NCBI GenBank assembly: GCA_965248535.1
Contig: CBDFJR010000002.1
Coordinates: 64,001 to 128,000 of the forward strand
Direction of reading: 5' to 3'
DNA length: 64,000 nucleotides
Source of the DNA: Phormidesmis sp.
GTDB taxonomy: Bacteria; Cyanobacteriota; Cyanobacteriia; Leptolyngbyales; Leptolyngbyaceae
Positions within the stretch are counted from its first letter, which is position 1. Each line of letters starts with the position of its first letter. Below, piece after piece: positions 40,137-50,836 of the stretch. Under the pieces are notes generated by a model that ran no database searches, was not told where the DNA came from, and saw only the letters and a list, made by a program, of their open reading frames with translations. The position numbers and the translations under genes are program-made.

Positions 40137-40949
40137 TCAAGTCAGGAGAGGAAAAAAGTGTCCAACGGGGCCTTGACCCTGACCGATGTTGAGGGCATGG
40201 CGAAGCGCGCCAGTCACATACTCCTTTGCCAAACAGGTGGCGGATAGGAGATCGTGGCCCAGCGCAAGATTTGCCGCGATCGCGGCCGACAAGGTGCAGC
40301 CCGTTCCGTGGGTGTTTTGGGTATCGACTTGCTCGGTGATCAGAGTTTTTAAGCGATCGCCATCAAACCAAATGTCCACACCTTTGAGGTCGCCTTTCAT
40401 GCCGCCGCCTTTGACTAAGACCGCCTTGGCTCCGAGTTGATAAATGCGCTGGGCTGCCTCTTGCATGGCTTCTAGGGTGTCAATTTCCAGCCCACTGAGC
40501 ATCTGCGCCTCATAGCGATTAGGCGTGAGCAGCATCGCCTGGGGAATTAGCTGCGATCGTAGCGCCGCGATCGCGTCATCGTCGATCAGTTGCGCGCCTG
40601 TGCGAGACACCATCACGGGGTCAACCACCAGATTTTGAATGTTAAAGCGTCTGATCTGCGCCGCAACGGCCGCGATAATTTCCTGATTGAGCAGCATTCC
40701 CGTTTTGGCCGCCTGCACGCCGATGTCTTGCACAACGGCGTGCACTTGGGCTACAACCGCCTCAGCAGGCAGCGCATCGACGCGAGTCACCCCCAGCGTA
40801 TTCTGTGCGGTGACGCAGGTTAAAGCACTCGTTCCATGAACTCGATGAAAGGCAAAAGTGCGAAGATCTGCCTGAATTCCGGCTCCACCGCCGCTATCTG
40901 AGCCAGCGATCGTCAACGCAACTGGGACGGAATCAAGTTTAGAGGTCAT
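40137..40949 (-). CDS. thiD: Hydroxymethylpyrimidine/phosphomethylpyrimidine kinase
   Basis: IAGSDSGGGAGIQAD, KTGML, DPVM, THGTGCTLSAA. Confidence 0.96.
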   Translation of the reverse strand: MTSKLDSVPVALTIAGSDSGGGAGIQADLRTFAFHRVHGTSALTCVTAQNTLGVTRVDALPAEAVVAQVHAVVQDIGVQAAKTGMLLNQEIIAAVAAQIRRFNIQNLVVDPVMVSRTGAQLIDDDAIAALRSQLIPQAMLLTPNRYEAQMLSGLEIDTLEAMQEAAQRIYQLGAKAVLVKGGGMKGDLKGVDIWFDGDRLKTLITEQVDTQNTHGTGCTLSAAIAANLALGHDLLSATCLAKEYVTGALRHALNIGQGQGPVGHFFPLLT

Positions 40950-41045
40950 ACACCACAGATCAAGGGGCTGAGTCCCTATCCTAATCGGTGATGCCAGACT
41001 GAGGCGCGAGATTGAGTGATCCCCGCAAATCCGACTTCCAACGGC

Positions 41046-41336
41046 TTAGGCCGATACCGATTTAGCCCCATGAGTCTTGGCTTTATACACTTCTTCGCCC
41101 GCATAATAAAGCGAGAGATAGCGCACACCCAACATCAATCGGGTTGAGTTGAGGAGGCGATCGACATCCCCAATAATCTGATCGATCAGCCAAGGTTCGG
41201 GGCAGTGCACTCGCAGCGTGTTTTGAGAGTCTAGCTTGAGCAAGCAAAGACCTAGGGTTTTTGAAAACAGTTGGCGTAGCCGCTGAATCCGATATTTTTC
41301 TAAAAGCCGCAGGTCTTGACGAGTTAGCTGAGACAT
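41046..41336 (-). CDS. Hypothetical protein
   Basis: 96-aa ATG ORF, protein-like composition (LRVHCPEPWLID). Confidence 0.55.
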   Translation of the reverse strand: MSQLTRQDLRLLEKYRIQRLRQLFSKTLGLCLLKLDSQNTLRVHCPEPWLIDQIIGDVDRLLNSTRLMLGVRYLSLYYAGEEVYKAKTHGAKSVSA

Positions 41337-41809
41337 GAGAGCAACCCAGAAAGTGATGTACAGATTGAATCGGATTCACGATCGAACCCACACGGTGGAA
41401 TTCGGGATATTCTACTGACTGGTCAAGTCTCAATCCCCGTAGTTTCACTGGATCTTGATTATCCCGGTTCTCTCCCGGCGGGTTGACCTACCTAAAGAGA
41501 GGTTTAGTGGCCCGATCGAGTCGAGAAGACTCTCTAACCGTCTTCTGAAAGGTGTAGGCATTGACTACCGCAAGAGAGATGTCTCAAGACACCAGGTTGA
41601 GATCGCTATAAACACTTAGGTAGATCTTCAGAAATTTGCCTGTTCCTAAGCTAAAACGGCGTGTATTGTGGAATATCGATCCGCTAGGATTCTAAGCGCG
41701 TGCTCTCTTGGGGTTGCGCCTCACTAGAGCAGGTCTATAAATACTCGGATGCTTGGTTTATCAGAAACCAGACTGATCAGGGTGACATTGGTTGAGAGAA
41801 TATTTGAGA

Positions 41810-43108
41810 ATGAGTGATTCTAAAGAGCTAAGAGGGCAGCGTCTAGCGTGGCTAGAGGGAATTCGTATTTTTGCAGCTATTATGCTGTTGCTCTACCACT
41901 CGCAGCTACTGGTCACGAAATACGGTTACACGCCTCAGCCAACGGGATTGTTGAGCAATGGGCAACAGATTTTAAGAGCCGCCAATCAGCTTGGGACAGG
42001 GTTTATTAGTCAAATTGCCAGTGTCCCTGTTTGGTTTGGCTTTCAGTTTGTAGACGTGTTTGTCTTGATTAGCGGCTTCAGCCTAGTGTTATCACTGAAG
42101 GGAAAACCCTTAGAACTCACGAGCTTTCTTAAGCGGCGATCGCTGCGAATCCTCTTACCGTTTTGGACGGTAGCCTGGTTAGCCTACCCAATCTTGTGGG
42201 CGATCGGTAAACTTACCAATACCTACGCACCCGATGCCTGGCACACCTTTGGCGGGCTGACTTTTCCCCTTCTATTTGACTATGGTGGAGGGGTGCTGAT
42301 GCCCACAAATGGGCCGTGGTGGTTTATTCCGCTCATTCTCAGCTTTGCGTTTATCTTCCCACTTCTGTGGAGTCTTCTACAGCGTTGGGGCATACGTAAC
42401 ATATTGATTATAAGTGTTTTAATTACCACACTCTATCGAGCGTTAGCCGTTTATGTCTTTGGCGGGCATCCGACTTATGTAGTGTTCAATACTCCTGCTG
42501 ATTGGCAGCCCTTTCTGCCGTTCATTGCAAAACTGAGCACCTTTGTGTTGGGAATGGTGACCGCAAAACTTTATCTGCGGGGTAAGGGTGCGATTTATTG
42601 GCAGTCATCTAAAGCTTTATTAGTCGGAGTTCCTATCTATAGTCTTGGGTTTATCTGTCAGTTTTATCGATTTGGTTGGATTTTTGCTGACTTTTTAGTC
42701 GCGATCGGGCTTTCGCTCTGCTGCATGGTCATCTTTCGCACTATTGCCGAAAGGCTGCGGCTGCAATCGATCATGGTTTGGTTGGGGCTGCACAGCTATA
42801 GCTATTTTTTGATTCATAACTTTGTCGTCGATCGAACGATCGGTCTTGCCGTGAGCAATCGGTTTATCTCTTATTATCAAGCGCTTCCTGTGATGGCGAT
42901 CGGGACGCTGCTTTTGGCGATTTTGGTCGATTCAACCGCACCCCTGCTGCAACGAGGAGCCACTCGCTTGGGGCGATCGCTCGACGCGATTTTGGTGCTC
43001 ACGTCTCATTCTCAGATCCGCTCATTCAAAGTGGGCAAAACGCTCTGGGTCAATGACCCTGATCTTGAGCCAGATCTCGATCGATCTAAACAAGCAAAGA
43101 TCCGTTGA
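41810..43108 (+). CDS. Acyltransferase_3 (OafA-like) membrane O-acyltransferase
   Basis: WLEGIR, VDVFVLISGF, FLKRRSLRI, WWFI, SYSYFLIH; about 10 TM segments. Confidence 0.88.
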   Translation: MSDSKELRGQRLAWLEGIRIFAAIMLLLYHSQLLVTKYGYTPQPTGLLSNGQQILRAANQLGTGFISQIASVPVWFGFQFVDVFVLISGFSLVLSLKGKPLELTSFLKRRSLRILLPFWTVAWLAYPILWAIGKLTNTYAPDAWHTFGGLTFPLLFDYGGGVLMPTNGPWWFIPLILSFAFIFPLLWSLLQRWGIRNILIISVLITTLYRALAVYVFGGHPTYVVFNTPADWQPFLPFIAKLSTFVLGMVTAKLYLRGKGAIYWQSSKALLVGVPIYSLGFICQFYRFGWIFADFLVAIGLSLCCMVIFRTIAERLRLQSIMVWLGLHSYSYFLIHNFVVDRTIGLAVSNRFISYYQALPVMAIGTLLLAILVDSTAPLLQRGATRLGRSLDAILVLTSHSQIRSFKVGKTLWVNDPDLEPDLDRSKQAKIR

Positions 43109-43168
43109 TCCTGAATTCCTATTCTCAACTTCTGCTGCCTCGATCGTGAGACTGATCCGCTACTCTAA

Positions 43169-43412
43169 GGAACGTGGATTAAATAACTTGTAAAAGTCCT
43201 CTAATTGGTCATCGTCGAGACGCTTGGCTCGTAAATTCCCCACGAGTAAGAGACTTTAAAACTGGAGTCTTGGCTCAAAGTCGCCCAACATGGGGGATCT
43301 AGGGGGCTAAAGCCGACCGAAACGCAGCGACAAAGACTTTGTACACTGTAGGCTCCTGAGGGAGAGAGTTAGGGAGAGGGCGAGACGTTGCCCCTTAATC
43401 AATCCACGTTCC
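43169..43412. mobile_element. MITE with GGAACGTGGATT terminal inverted repeats and TAA flanks
   Basis: TAA|GGAACGTGGATTAAATAA ... TTAATCAATCCACGTTCC|TAA; non-coding interior with G-rich repeats. Confidence 0.8.
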
Positions 43413-43879
43413 TAAGCATTTAACGTGCATCCTAGTCTTGCTAGTCTCAAATGAGCCTAAATTCGAGAATATAGGCTGAAAGCCTCATTGCGTCGAGGGT
43501 ATGAGTTTAGGTAATAGCACTATTGCAAACGTGGGATGCCCCAGCATTTACGAATTTTTACCAAGAATTCGATGCCAACATGTGAAGTCCCTATGAATCC
43601 GGACGGGTTTCTTGTGCGTGTTACTGAGAGAAATGTTAAGGTGCTGTCAGAAGAAAATAGCAACGTAGATTCTTGGAGCATTATCTGACCTAAGCTGCTT
43701 CGAGTTGCAATTTCCGTGCGTCTAGGCACAGTAACTCCCGCTCAAGTGCCTCACCCCGCATAGATACACCGATACCCCCATGAAAAAACTGACTCAAACG
43801 GTTGCTGCCTATGTCTTTACAGCAAGACGGTCATCCAGTAACAACTACGTGATCACATTCAACGATTGACTGTTCCATG

Positions 43880-44053
43880 CAATAGTCCGGACAGTTTTTT
43901 GAACGGTTCCATCAGGTTTTCAGGGGTTGCAGTTCTAGGATCGAGCTACACGATCAAAGTTAGAAATAACGCTGACTTTAATCAAGAGATCCCATCCACG
44001 ACTGAATCAGGGTCTGAGCCTCAAAATCTGCTCAAGGTTTGTCCGAAGGGTTA
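43880..44053. repeat. Short element bounded by T(C/T)CGGACA inverted motifs
   Basis: CAATAGTCCGGACAG ... TTTGTCCGAAGGGTTA. Confidence 0.45.
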
Positions 44054-44076
44054 CTAGAAAATTAACAGCTTAAGAC

Positions 44077-45273
44077 ATGAAAATCGCCGTGATTGGTTCT
44101 AAAGGTTTGCCCCCTTGTGAAGGCGGGATTGAACACCATTGTGCTGAAATCTATCCTCGTGTCGTCACAGAAGGGTATCTCGTTGATCTCTTTGCTCGAT
44201 CTTCCTATACTGGCTCCTCCTGGCGTGATCCCAGTGAGTTTCGAGGAGTTCGCATCGTTTCTTTACCAGGCTCAAGATTCAATGGCTTTGATGCACTAGT
44301 TAACTCGGCCCTTAGCACGATCGCCGCTAGCCTAAGGCGATACGATGTCATCCATTTCCATGCTTTGGGGCCATCTTTGTGGTCATGGCTACCCCGCCTA
44401 GTCACTCAGTCAGAGATTGTTGTGACCTGTCATGGTCTTGACTGGCAACGGGGCAAATGGGGGAAATTTTCTAGCCTATTGATTCGGTTAGGTGAACTGG
44501 CTGCCGTTCAATTTGCCCACCGCATCATCGTCGTTTCAGAAGACCTACAGCGTTATTTTTGGGAAACCTATGGTCGAGAAACGATCTACATAGGCAATGC
44601 GCCTGCTAGCTACGCTGAATCCGACTCAAACTTCTCCTATGGCACGTCGCTTGGTTTAGACAAAAGTCGATACATTCTGTTTTTGGGTAGATTGGTGCCA
44701 GAAAAATGCCCTGACTTATTGATTGCCGCATTTCAGAAACTTCAAATCGAAGGTTGGAAATTGGTGATTGCGGGTGGGGTCGTCAAAGACTCAGCGTTTA
44801 GTAAATCTTTACTAAGCTCGGCGGCAGGAAGGACTGATATTGTGTTTACAGGTGAGCTACGAGGCAATCAGTTGGCTGAAATAGTCCGAAGTGCTGGACT
44901 ATTTATGTTGCCGTCTGCCTTAGAAGGACTGTCCCTGGCTTTATTAGAGGCGATGCACGAGAAGGTGCCTGTGATTGCCAGTGACCTGCCTGTTCATCAA
45001 ACGATCCTTGGAAAGGAGCGAGGACTCTTGTTTCGTGCCAATGACCTAGATTCGTGCGTATCTAAACTAGAGTGGGCAGTGCAACATCTCCCACAAATGG
45101 CAGCTATGGCTAGCAAAGCTCAGGCTTATGTGGAAGAGCACCATAATTGGGATCAAGTTATAGTAGAACACCTAACTGTCTACCAACAAGTTTCAACTTC
45201 AGGTGCTTTACCAATATTTCATGATCAGGAGGCACCGACAGTCTGCGCCGCAGTATCGCAAAAAGGCTTCTAA
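44077..45273 (+). CDS. GT4 glycosyltransferase
   Basis: MKIAVIG, GGIE, HFHALGP, HGLDWQR, GRLVPEK, EGLSLALLEAM. Confidence 0.92.
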   Translation: MKIAVIGSKGLPPCEGGIEHHCAEIYPRVVTEGYLVDLFARSSYTGSSWRDPSEFRGVRIVSLPGSRFNGFDALVNSALSTIAASLRRYDVIHFHALGPSLWSWLPRLVTQSEIVVTCHGLDWQRGKWGKFSSLLIRLGELAAVQFAHRIIVVSEDLQRYFWETYGRETIYIGNAPASYAESDSNFSYGTSLGLDKSRYILFLGRLVPEKCPDLLIAAFQKLQIEGWKLVIAGGVVKDSAFSKSLLSSAAGRTDIVFTGELRGNQLAEIVRSAGLFMLPSALEGLSLALLEAMHEKVPVIASDLPVHQTILGKERGLLFRANDLDSCVSKLEWAVQHLPQMAAMASKAQAYVEEHHNWDQVIVEHLTVYQQVSTSGALPIFHDQEAPTVCAAVSQKGF

Positions 45274-45283
45274 GCCGCTCTAT

Positions 45284-45407
45284 CAATGCTCCGGACAGGG
45301 TTAGTTTGCTATCGCTAGAATGGGGCATTCAGCCCCTGACCACAGTGACGTGACTAACGAGAAATTGAGGGTTTCAGCCTCTTTCTAAAAAACTGTCCGG
45401 ACTCCTA
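45284..45407. repeat. Short element bounded by TCCGGACAG inverted repeats
   Basis: CAATGCTCCGGACAG ... CTGTCCGGACTCCT. Confidence 0.55.
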
Positions 45408-46003
45408 TTATAGGCAGCGTTGTATTATATACCCAGCTAACACTTATAGCATTTTCAGATGGTTTGCAACCCTTCCTACCTGCGTTAAGCTCTAACTCTA
45501 GATTAAACCTTCCTGCTGCCTAAATTGTTTCTGAGCAGGATCAATCTCCTCGACACCAGCAGAGTCAGTCACCAGAACAAAATCCTTCCGTACTCCTATA
45601 GGCTATAGTTCCCATGAGCTTAATCGTTAACATCGTCCACTCTTCTAGTCCTTCAAATAGACCTGAAGTCAATCTCAAACTAAAATAATGGAGGCGAGGG
45701 TTATTAGAGCAGACGTTCTTATCGACTTAAAGCAAACTCAATGACCGTCTGGGCGTTATCGCGTTAGTTAGAATTCTGAGAGCAGTTTAAGCGCTGAGTA
45801 GCAAGCTTTTATCTGCGAGATGACAAGAGCAGGTCAGGAGATTAGTTGAATTGACTAGATTGGATCAAGCTTTCTCTGTTTTGCAATTTGTTGAACTAAG
45901 TAGGTGGGTCAGATTGAGTATAAGATGACCTCGCTTGAAAGTCTTATACATCCCTATCCATCCTGAAAAGCATCTTCATTTTAATTACACGCACCAACTT
46001 AGC

Positions 46004-48214
46004 ATGAATTCTAAAACTCAAAAAGTGTCACTAGATTCCCTAGAAATTGACTTGCAGCAGTACTGGTTGATTGTGATGCGCCGATGGCTTCCTGCTTCCA
46101 GTGCTTTTTTCTGTGTGCTGATGCTGTCAGTATTCCTCGCTTCTCTGCAAAAGCCAGTTTATCGGGCACAGGGAAAGCTCTTGTTGAAATCAGATCGAAC
46201 GGCATTGCTGACAGGGATAGGAACAGAGCTAGGAGAATTTTCACCGTTAACTGTGCAGAGTAGCCCCCTTAAAACAGAAACCGAGGTGCTGCTGTCGGCT
46301 CCTCTATTGGAAAAAACGATCGCACGGCTTAAGGCAACCGATCCGCACGGCGATTTCCGGGAGTTAGGGGCTATGGGAGAGCGGTTGAAGGTGACAGCGG
46401 TTTCTGGTGCTGATGTTTTGCAGGTTGCGTTTGAAGATAGAAACCCTCAAACTGCTGCGACAGTCGTTAATGAACTGATGAAAGTCTACATTGACAATAA
46501 CATTGCCACCAACCGGGGACGAGCAGCCGCAGCGCGAGAGTTTATTGCTCAACAACTGCCTAAAACAGAAGCAACCGTCCATCAGGCAGATGTAGAGCTA
46601 CGTCGATTTAAAGAACAAAATGGTATTACTAATTTAGAGGAAGAATCTAAATCACTAGTGGCTAATACCTCTTCATTGCAATCTGATATTATCAAAACCT
46701 CTACCGATCTTGCCGATGCTACTGCTCGTTTGAGTGCGCTGAAAAGTAAGGTGGGGCTTAGTAGTGAAGCAGCGATATCTCTTAGTTCTCTAGGTCAAGC
46801 CGTTGGGGTTCAGCAGGCTCTTAAAGAGTTGCAAGATACTCAAAATCAACTGGCAATTGAGCAATCACGATATGAAGATCAGTATCCTACTGTTGTCAAT
46901 CTTAAGCAGAAAGAAGCTGCTCTGCGGGCGTTGTTAAAGACTCGTGTCAGTGGGGTTGTGGGTCGCCCTGGTGCTGTTGCAGATGCCAGTTTGCAGATTG
47001 GCTCAACGAAACAAAGCCTGATTGAAAAATTTGTTGCCACTGAAGTAGAGCGCTTAGGGTTAGCCAATAGAGTCGCGGTGCTTTCTAATGCCGCCGATCG
47101 CTATCGGCTTCGGGCTGGCACGTTCCCCAGACTAGAACAGGATCAGCGAGAATTGCAGCGGCGGTTAGAAGTATCGCAAACGACTTATGAGACGCTGTTG
47201 AAAAAGCTTCAGGAAGTAAAGGTCACAGAACAACAGGATACAGGGAATGCCCGGATTGTTGAATTGGCGGCAATGCCTACTGCCCCGGTGGGGACTAAGA
47301 AACTTCTGAGCTTAGTCATGGGAGGATTGCTGGCAACGATCGCAGCCATCGTAACCATCATTGCCCTAGAAGCCGCCGATCGATCAGTGAAGACACTCAA
47401 GGAGGCGCGGCAGCTATTTAACTATACCTGGCTAGGCTCGATTCCTCGGTTTGGTAAGTCTTCTCTGCCTCGCGGCAAATATGCAGACTATTTAGTCCCG
47501 GCTTTGCCCGTGCGGGATCAGCCCCGATCGCCCATTAGTGCCGCTTACCGCATGTTGCAGGCAAATATGAAATTCCTCAACGTGGGCAAGGAGTTTAAGA
47601 CTGTTGTCGTGACGAGTTCAGTCCCCAAGGAGGGCAAGTCTACCGTTTCAGCGAATCTGGCAGCTACGATCGCTCAGTTGGGTCGTCGAGTCTTGTTGAT
47701 CGATACCGATCTGTATCATCCTCAGCAGCATCATATCTGGAATCTAACCAATGCAGTCGGGTTGACCAATGTGATTGTGGGAGAGTCCAGTCTAGCGGCC
47801 GCTTTCAATCCAGTGATGGATAGGCTGGATGTATTGACCGCTGGTGTAGTTCCTCCAAATCCCTTGGCAGTGTTGGACTCTAAACCCATGAGTGACCTTG
47901 TTGCTGCTGTTGCCCAAAACTATGATTTCGTAATTTTGGATGCATCGCCGCTGATGGTCGGCGCAGAAGCTCTGACTTTAGGGAAAATAACGGATGGTTT
48001 ATTAATGGTTGTTCGTCCGGGCGTGTTGGATTTTGCCAGTGCCAACACAGTCAAGGAATTACTGCAACAGTCTGGACAGAATATTCTGGGAATGGTTGTT
48101 AACTGTGCTGCCTCAGAAACCGAGTTCAATCGCTTTTCTTACTACACCCAGACTGGGTTGAAGTTGGACAAGAATGCGCCAAAGCATCAGTCTACTTTGC
48201 CCAGAGATAGCTAG
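46004..48214 (+). CDS. wzc: Polysaccharide co-polymerase / BY-kinase (Wzc/GumC)
   Basis: RRW + TM, coiled coil, second TM, Walker A SSVPKEGKST, LIDTD, VILDASP; start taken at MNSKTQ. Confidence 0.92.
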   Translation: MNSKTQKVSLDSLEIDLQQYWLIVMRRWLPASSAFFCVLMLSVFLASLQKPVYRAQGKLLLKSDRTALLTGIGTELGEFSPLTVQSSPLKTETEVLLSAPLLEKTIARLKATDPHGDFRELGAMGERLKVTAVSGADVLQVAFEDRNPQTAATVVNELMKVYIDNNIATNRGRAAAAREFIAQQLPKTEATVHQADVELRRFKEQNGITNLEEESKSLVANTSSLQSDIIKTSTDLADATARLSALKSKVGLSSEAAISLSSLGQAVGVQQALKELQDTQNQLAIEQSRYEDQYPTVVNLKQKEAALRALLKTRVSGVVGRPGAVADASLQIGSTKQSLIEKFVATEVERLGLANRVAVLSNAADRYRLRAGTFPRLEQDQRELQRRLEVSQTTYETLLKKLQEVKVTEQQDTGNARIVELAAMPTAPVGTKKLLSLVMGGLLATIAAIVTIIALEAADRSVKTLKEARQLFNYTWLGSIPRFGKSSLPRGKYADYLVPALPVRDQPRSPISAAYRMLQANMKFLNVGKEFKTVVVTSSVPKEGKSTVSANLAATIAQLGRRVLLIDTDLYHPQQHHIWNLTNAVGLTNVIVGESSLAAAFNPVMDRLDVLTAGVVPPNPLAVLDSKPMSDLVAAVAQNYDFVILDASPLMVGAEALTLGKITDGLLMVVRPGVLDFASANTVKELLQQSGQNILGMVVNCAASETEFNRFSYYTQTGLKLDKNAPKHQSTLPRDS

Positions 48215-48253
48215 CGCGATCGCGCTTAACATTGAAATCCACGAAATACCCCT

Positions 48254-49333
48254 ATGAAACTGCTTTTTAGAGTCCTTAAGTCACTCAGTCCGGTGATCTT
48301 GCTGGCGATCGCGCTGGTCAGCAACTCGGCTGGAGCGATCGCCAACCCGACTCAGCCCCCTGCCTTTAAGCCAGCCAAGACATCTTTGGCAACCGAGCCA
48401 CTGCAACGAATAGACTTAGCAACGTCAGACTACATTTTGGGGGCAGGCGACCAGATTGAGATTACGGTGATGGGTTACCAGGAATTTACTGGCACAAAAA
48501 TGATCCTGAATGATGGCACAATTGTCCTGCCTGTGGTTGGCAACGTCAAAGCTGCTGGGCGCTCTCCGGCAGTCCTTGCTCAGGAGATGAAACAACAGTT
48601 GCGCCCATTTCTAAAAAATCCTGTCGTAACAGTTGGCGTTCTAAACACCCGCCCTCTGCTGATTACGGTTGCTGGAGAGGTGCAGCGCCCCGGCCCCATA
48701 CAGTTGCAAAGTTTTAGCTCTACTCCCTCAAGCTCAGGAAATCAGCCTAGGGAGATCCCGACTGTTAGCTCTGCTTTAGTGCTTGCGGGTGGCTTGACGC
48801 AGAACGCCGACATTCGTCAAATCACTGTGCGCCGGGTCACGCCAACGGGTGAGCCAATGACAATCACCGTTAATCTGTGGAATGCGGTGGTGTCAGAAAA
48901 TGCGTCTAATAATGCCCTAGTCCAAGATGGCGATGCTCTCTTTGTGCCCAAACTGGCAGCAGGTGATCCCCTAGATCGACGGTTGCTTGCCCGCTCAACC
49001 TTGGCCCCTAAAACCGTCAGAGTAAGGGTGGTGGGTGAAGTCAAGCGGCCGGGTGAAGTGGAGGTGTCACCCAATAGCTCAATTTCGAGTGCGGTTGCGA
49101 TCGCAGGTGGCCCTACCGACAAATCTGCCCTCAAAAAAGTCACGTTTGTTCGCCTGCTAGAGAACGGCAAAGTTGACAAGCGAACGATCGACTTGAGCAA
49201 TTTAACAGATACTTATCAAATTCAAGATGGGGATGTTGTGATTGTGCCCAAGAGTTCTGGTTCAGCCGTGTTGGACTTCACCACACAACTGTTCAGCCCC
49301 CTGGGTGTTCTGCTTAATTTGATTGCACGATGA
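48254..49333 (+). CDS. wza: Polysaccharide export protein with SLBB domains (Wza/OPX)
   Basis: YILGAGDQIEI, DGTIVLPVVG, GEVQRPG, AGG repeats. Confidence 0.9.
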   Translation: MKLLFRVLKSLSPVILLAIALVSNSAGAIANPTQPPAFKPAKTSLATEPLQRIDLATSDYILGAGDQIEITVMGYQEFTGTKMILNDGTIVLPVVGNVKAAGRSPAVLAQEMKQQLRPFLKNPVVTVGVLNTRPLLITVAGEVQRPGPIQLQSFSSTPSSSGNQPREIPTVSSALVLAGGLTQNADIRQITVRRVTPTGEPMTITVNLWNAVVSENASNNALVQDGDALFVPKLAAGDPLDRRLLARSTLAPKTVRVRVVGEVKRPGEVEVSPNSSISSAVAIAGGPTDKSALKKVTFVRLLENGKVDKRTIDLSNLTDTYQIQDGDVVIVPKSSGSAVLDFTTQLFSPLGVLLNLIAR

Positions 49334-49447
49334 TTCAACCTATCCTCTACCCAGAAATAGGCTTGGGGGTTGCAGGCGGTGTGAGAGTTTTCTCATTACC
49401 CAGGGAGAACCAGACGTTTAGCCCATTCGCGAGTTTGAGAACCTAAC

Positions 49448-50836
49448 ATGAGCCTAAAAGCCAAAGTTCTACAGGGCGGTCTCTATCTGGCAATTCGTCA
49501 GGGTATGGGCATGGTGATTAGTTTAGTAGGTGTTTTGCTAATCACCCGTTTTATTGGCCCAGAACAATATGGACTCTATGCCTCCGCTTTTGGGTTGTTC
49601 TACTACCTGCAAAGTGTCAGTCAGTTAGGCATCGCTGTCTACCTAGTGCGTCACGAAGAAGAAAGCGATGTCACAATTTATCATCAGGCGTTTACGTTGC
49701 TGCTGCTGGTCAGCCTCTTGGGTGTTGGTCTCAGCTTAGTGGGAGTGCCTCTGTTAAGTCAGTGGATCGGACTCAAGGGGTTTGGACTCTTGGCTCAAAT
49801 GTTATTTCTAAGCTTGCCTATTGTGCTGGTGAGTCAGGTGCCTTTAGCAAAAATGGAACGGGAGTTGACCTATAAAGGGGTGGCCTGGATTGAGCTAGTG
49901 GGGCAGATTGGTTACTTTTTAATAGCGCTGCCGATCGCGTTCAAAGGGGGTGGAGCCTGGAGCCTAGTCGCTGGCTGGTGGCTCCAGCAATCCAGTATGT
50001 TAGTTCTATTTTTCTGGGTGACTCGCTATCAGCCCCGTCTCTGCTGGCAGCCAACGTTAGTCCGGCAAATCTTGGGCTACAGCATTGGCTACTCGGCTTC
50101 GTTTTGGGTGTGGCAGTTGCGTTCGCTAGTCAACCCGCTGCTAGTAGGGCGTTTTTTGGGAGCGGAAGCGGTCGGTTATGTAGCGCTGGCAAGCCGCATG
50201 GTGGAACTATTGGGGTTTGTCAAGTCTGCTACCTACCGTCTTTCGATCGCGGCCTTGGCACGCTTGCAGGGCGATCGGGTGCGGTTGGCAAAGGCAATTA
50301 CAGACGGCATGAGTCTACAAGTGCTGGCGCTAGGCCCGTTCTTAGTGATTGTTAGTTGGCTGGGTGTCTGGTTTCTACCGCTATTATTTGGGGCCAAATG
50401 GCTGCCGACAATGCTGATTTATCCCTTCATTGCAGCTAGCCTGCTGGGAAATGCGTTGTTTAACATGCACTCTTCTGCCCTGTATGCCCTCAATCGCAAC
50501 TGGGAAGTCACTATATTTCACCTTGTGCATATTGCTTTGTTTGCAGTCACAAGCTGGCTGTTGCTTCCGAAGCTAGGACTGATTGGCTATGGTTATGCAG
50601 AAATCGCCACGATCGCCAGCCATGGCGTGATTCACGCTTATCTGGTGCGCGACTTGCAAAGCCCCAATTATCAATTTGCTGGGCTATTAGCCCTTGGGTT
50701 TGGGATAGCACTCTTTCCTTATCAGTTAGGGTGGTGGGTTGTTTTAGTCTTAGCCTTTGTCCTTTTGTTGCCAGATACGCGGCATAAACTCGTGGATTTG
50801 TGGAAAAGCTTCAGGAGTTTGAAAAATGCAGGTTAA
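49448..50836 (+). CDS. wzx: Oligosaccharide flippase
   Basis: About 12 TM segments, GPEQYG, GAWSLV, LGAEAVGY. Confidence 0.88.
   Translation: MSLKAKVLQGGLYLAIRQGMGMVISLVGVLLITRFIGPEQYGLYASAFGLFYYLQSVSQLGIAVYLVRHEEESDVTIYHQAFTLLLLVSLLGVGLSLVGVPLLSQWIGLKGFGLLAQMLFLSLPIVLVSQVPLAKMERELTYKGVAWIELVGQIGYFLIALPIAFKGGGAWSLVAGWWLQQSSMLVLFFWVTRYQPRLCWQPTLVRQILGYSIGYSASFWVWQLRSLVNPLLVGRFLGAEAVGYVALASRMVELLGFVKSATYRLSIAALARLQGDRVRLAKAITDGMSLQVLALGPFLVIVSWLGVWFLPLLFGAKWLPTMLIYPFIAASLLGNALFNMHSSALYALNRNWEVTIFHLVHIALFAVTSWLLLPKLGLIGYGYAEIATIASHGVIHAYLVRDLQSPNYQFAGLLALGFGIALFPYQLGWWVVLVLAFVLLLPDTRHKLVDLWKSFRSLKNAG

Noticed and set aside
40950..41045. TPP riboswitch upstream of thiD
   Set aside because: No CTGAGA / ACCTGA core found in the proper arrangement
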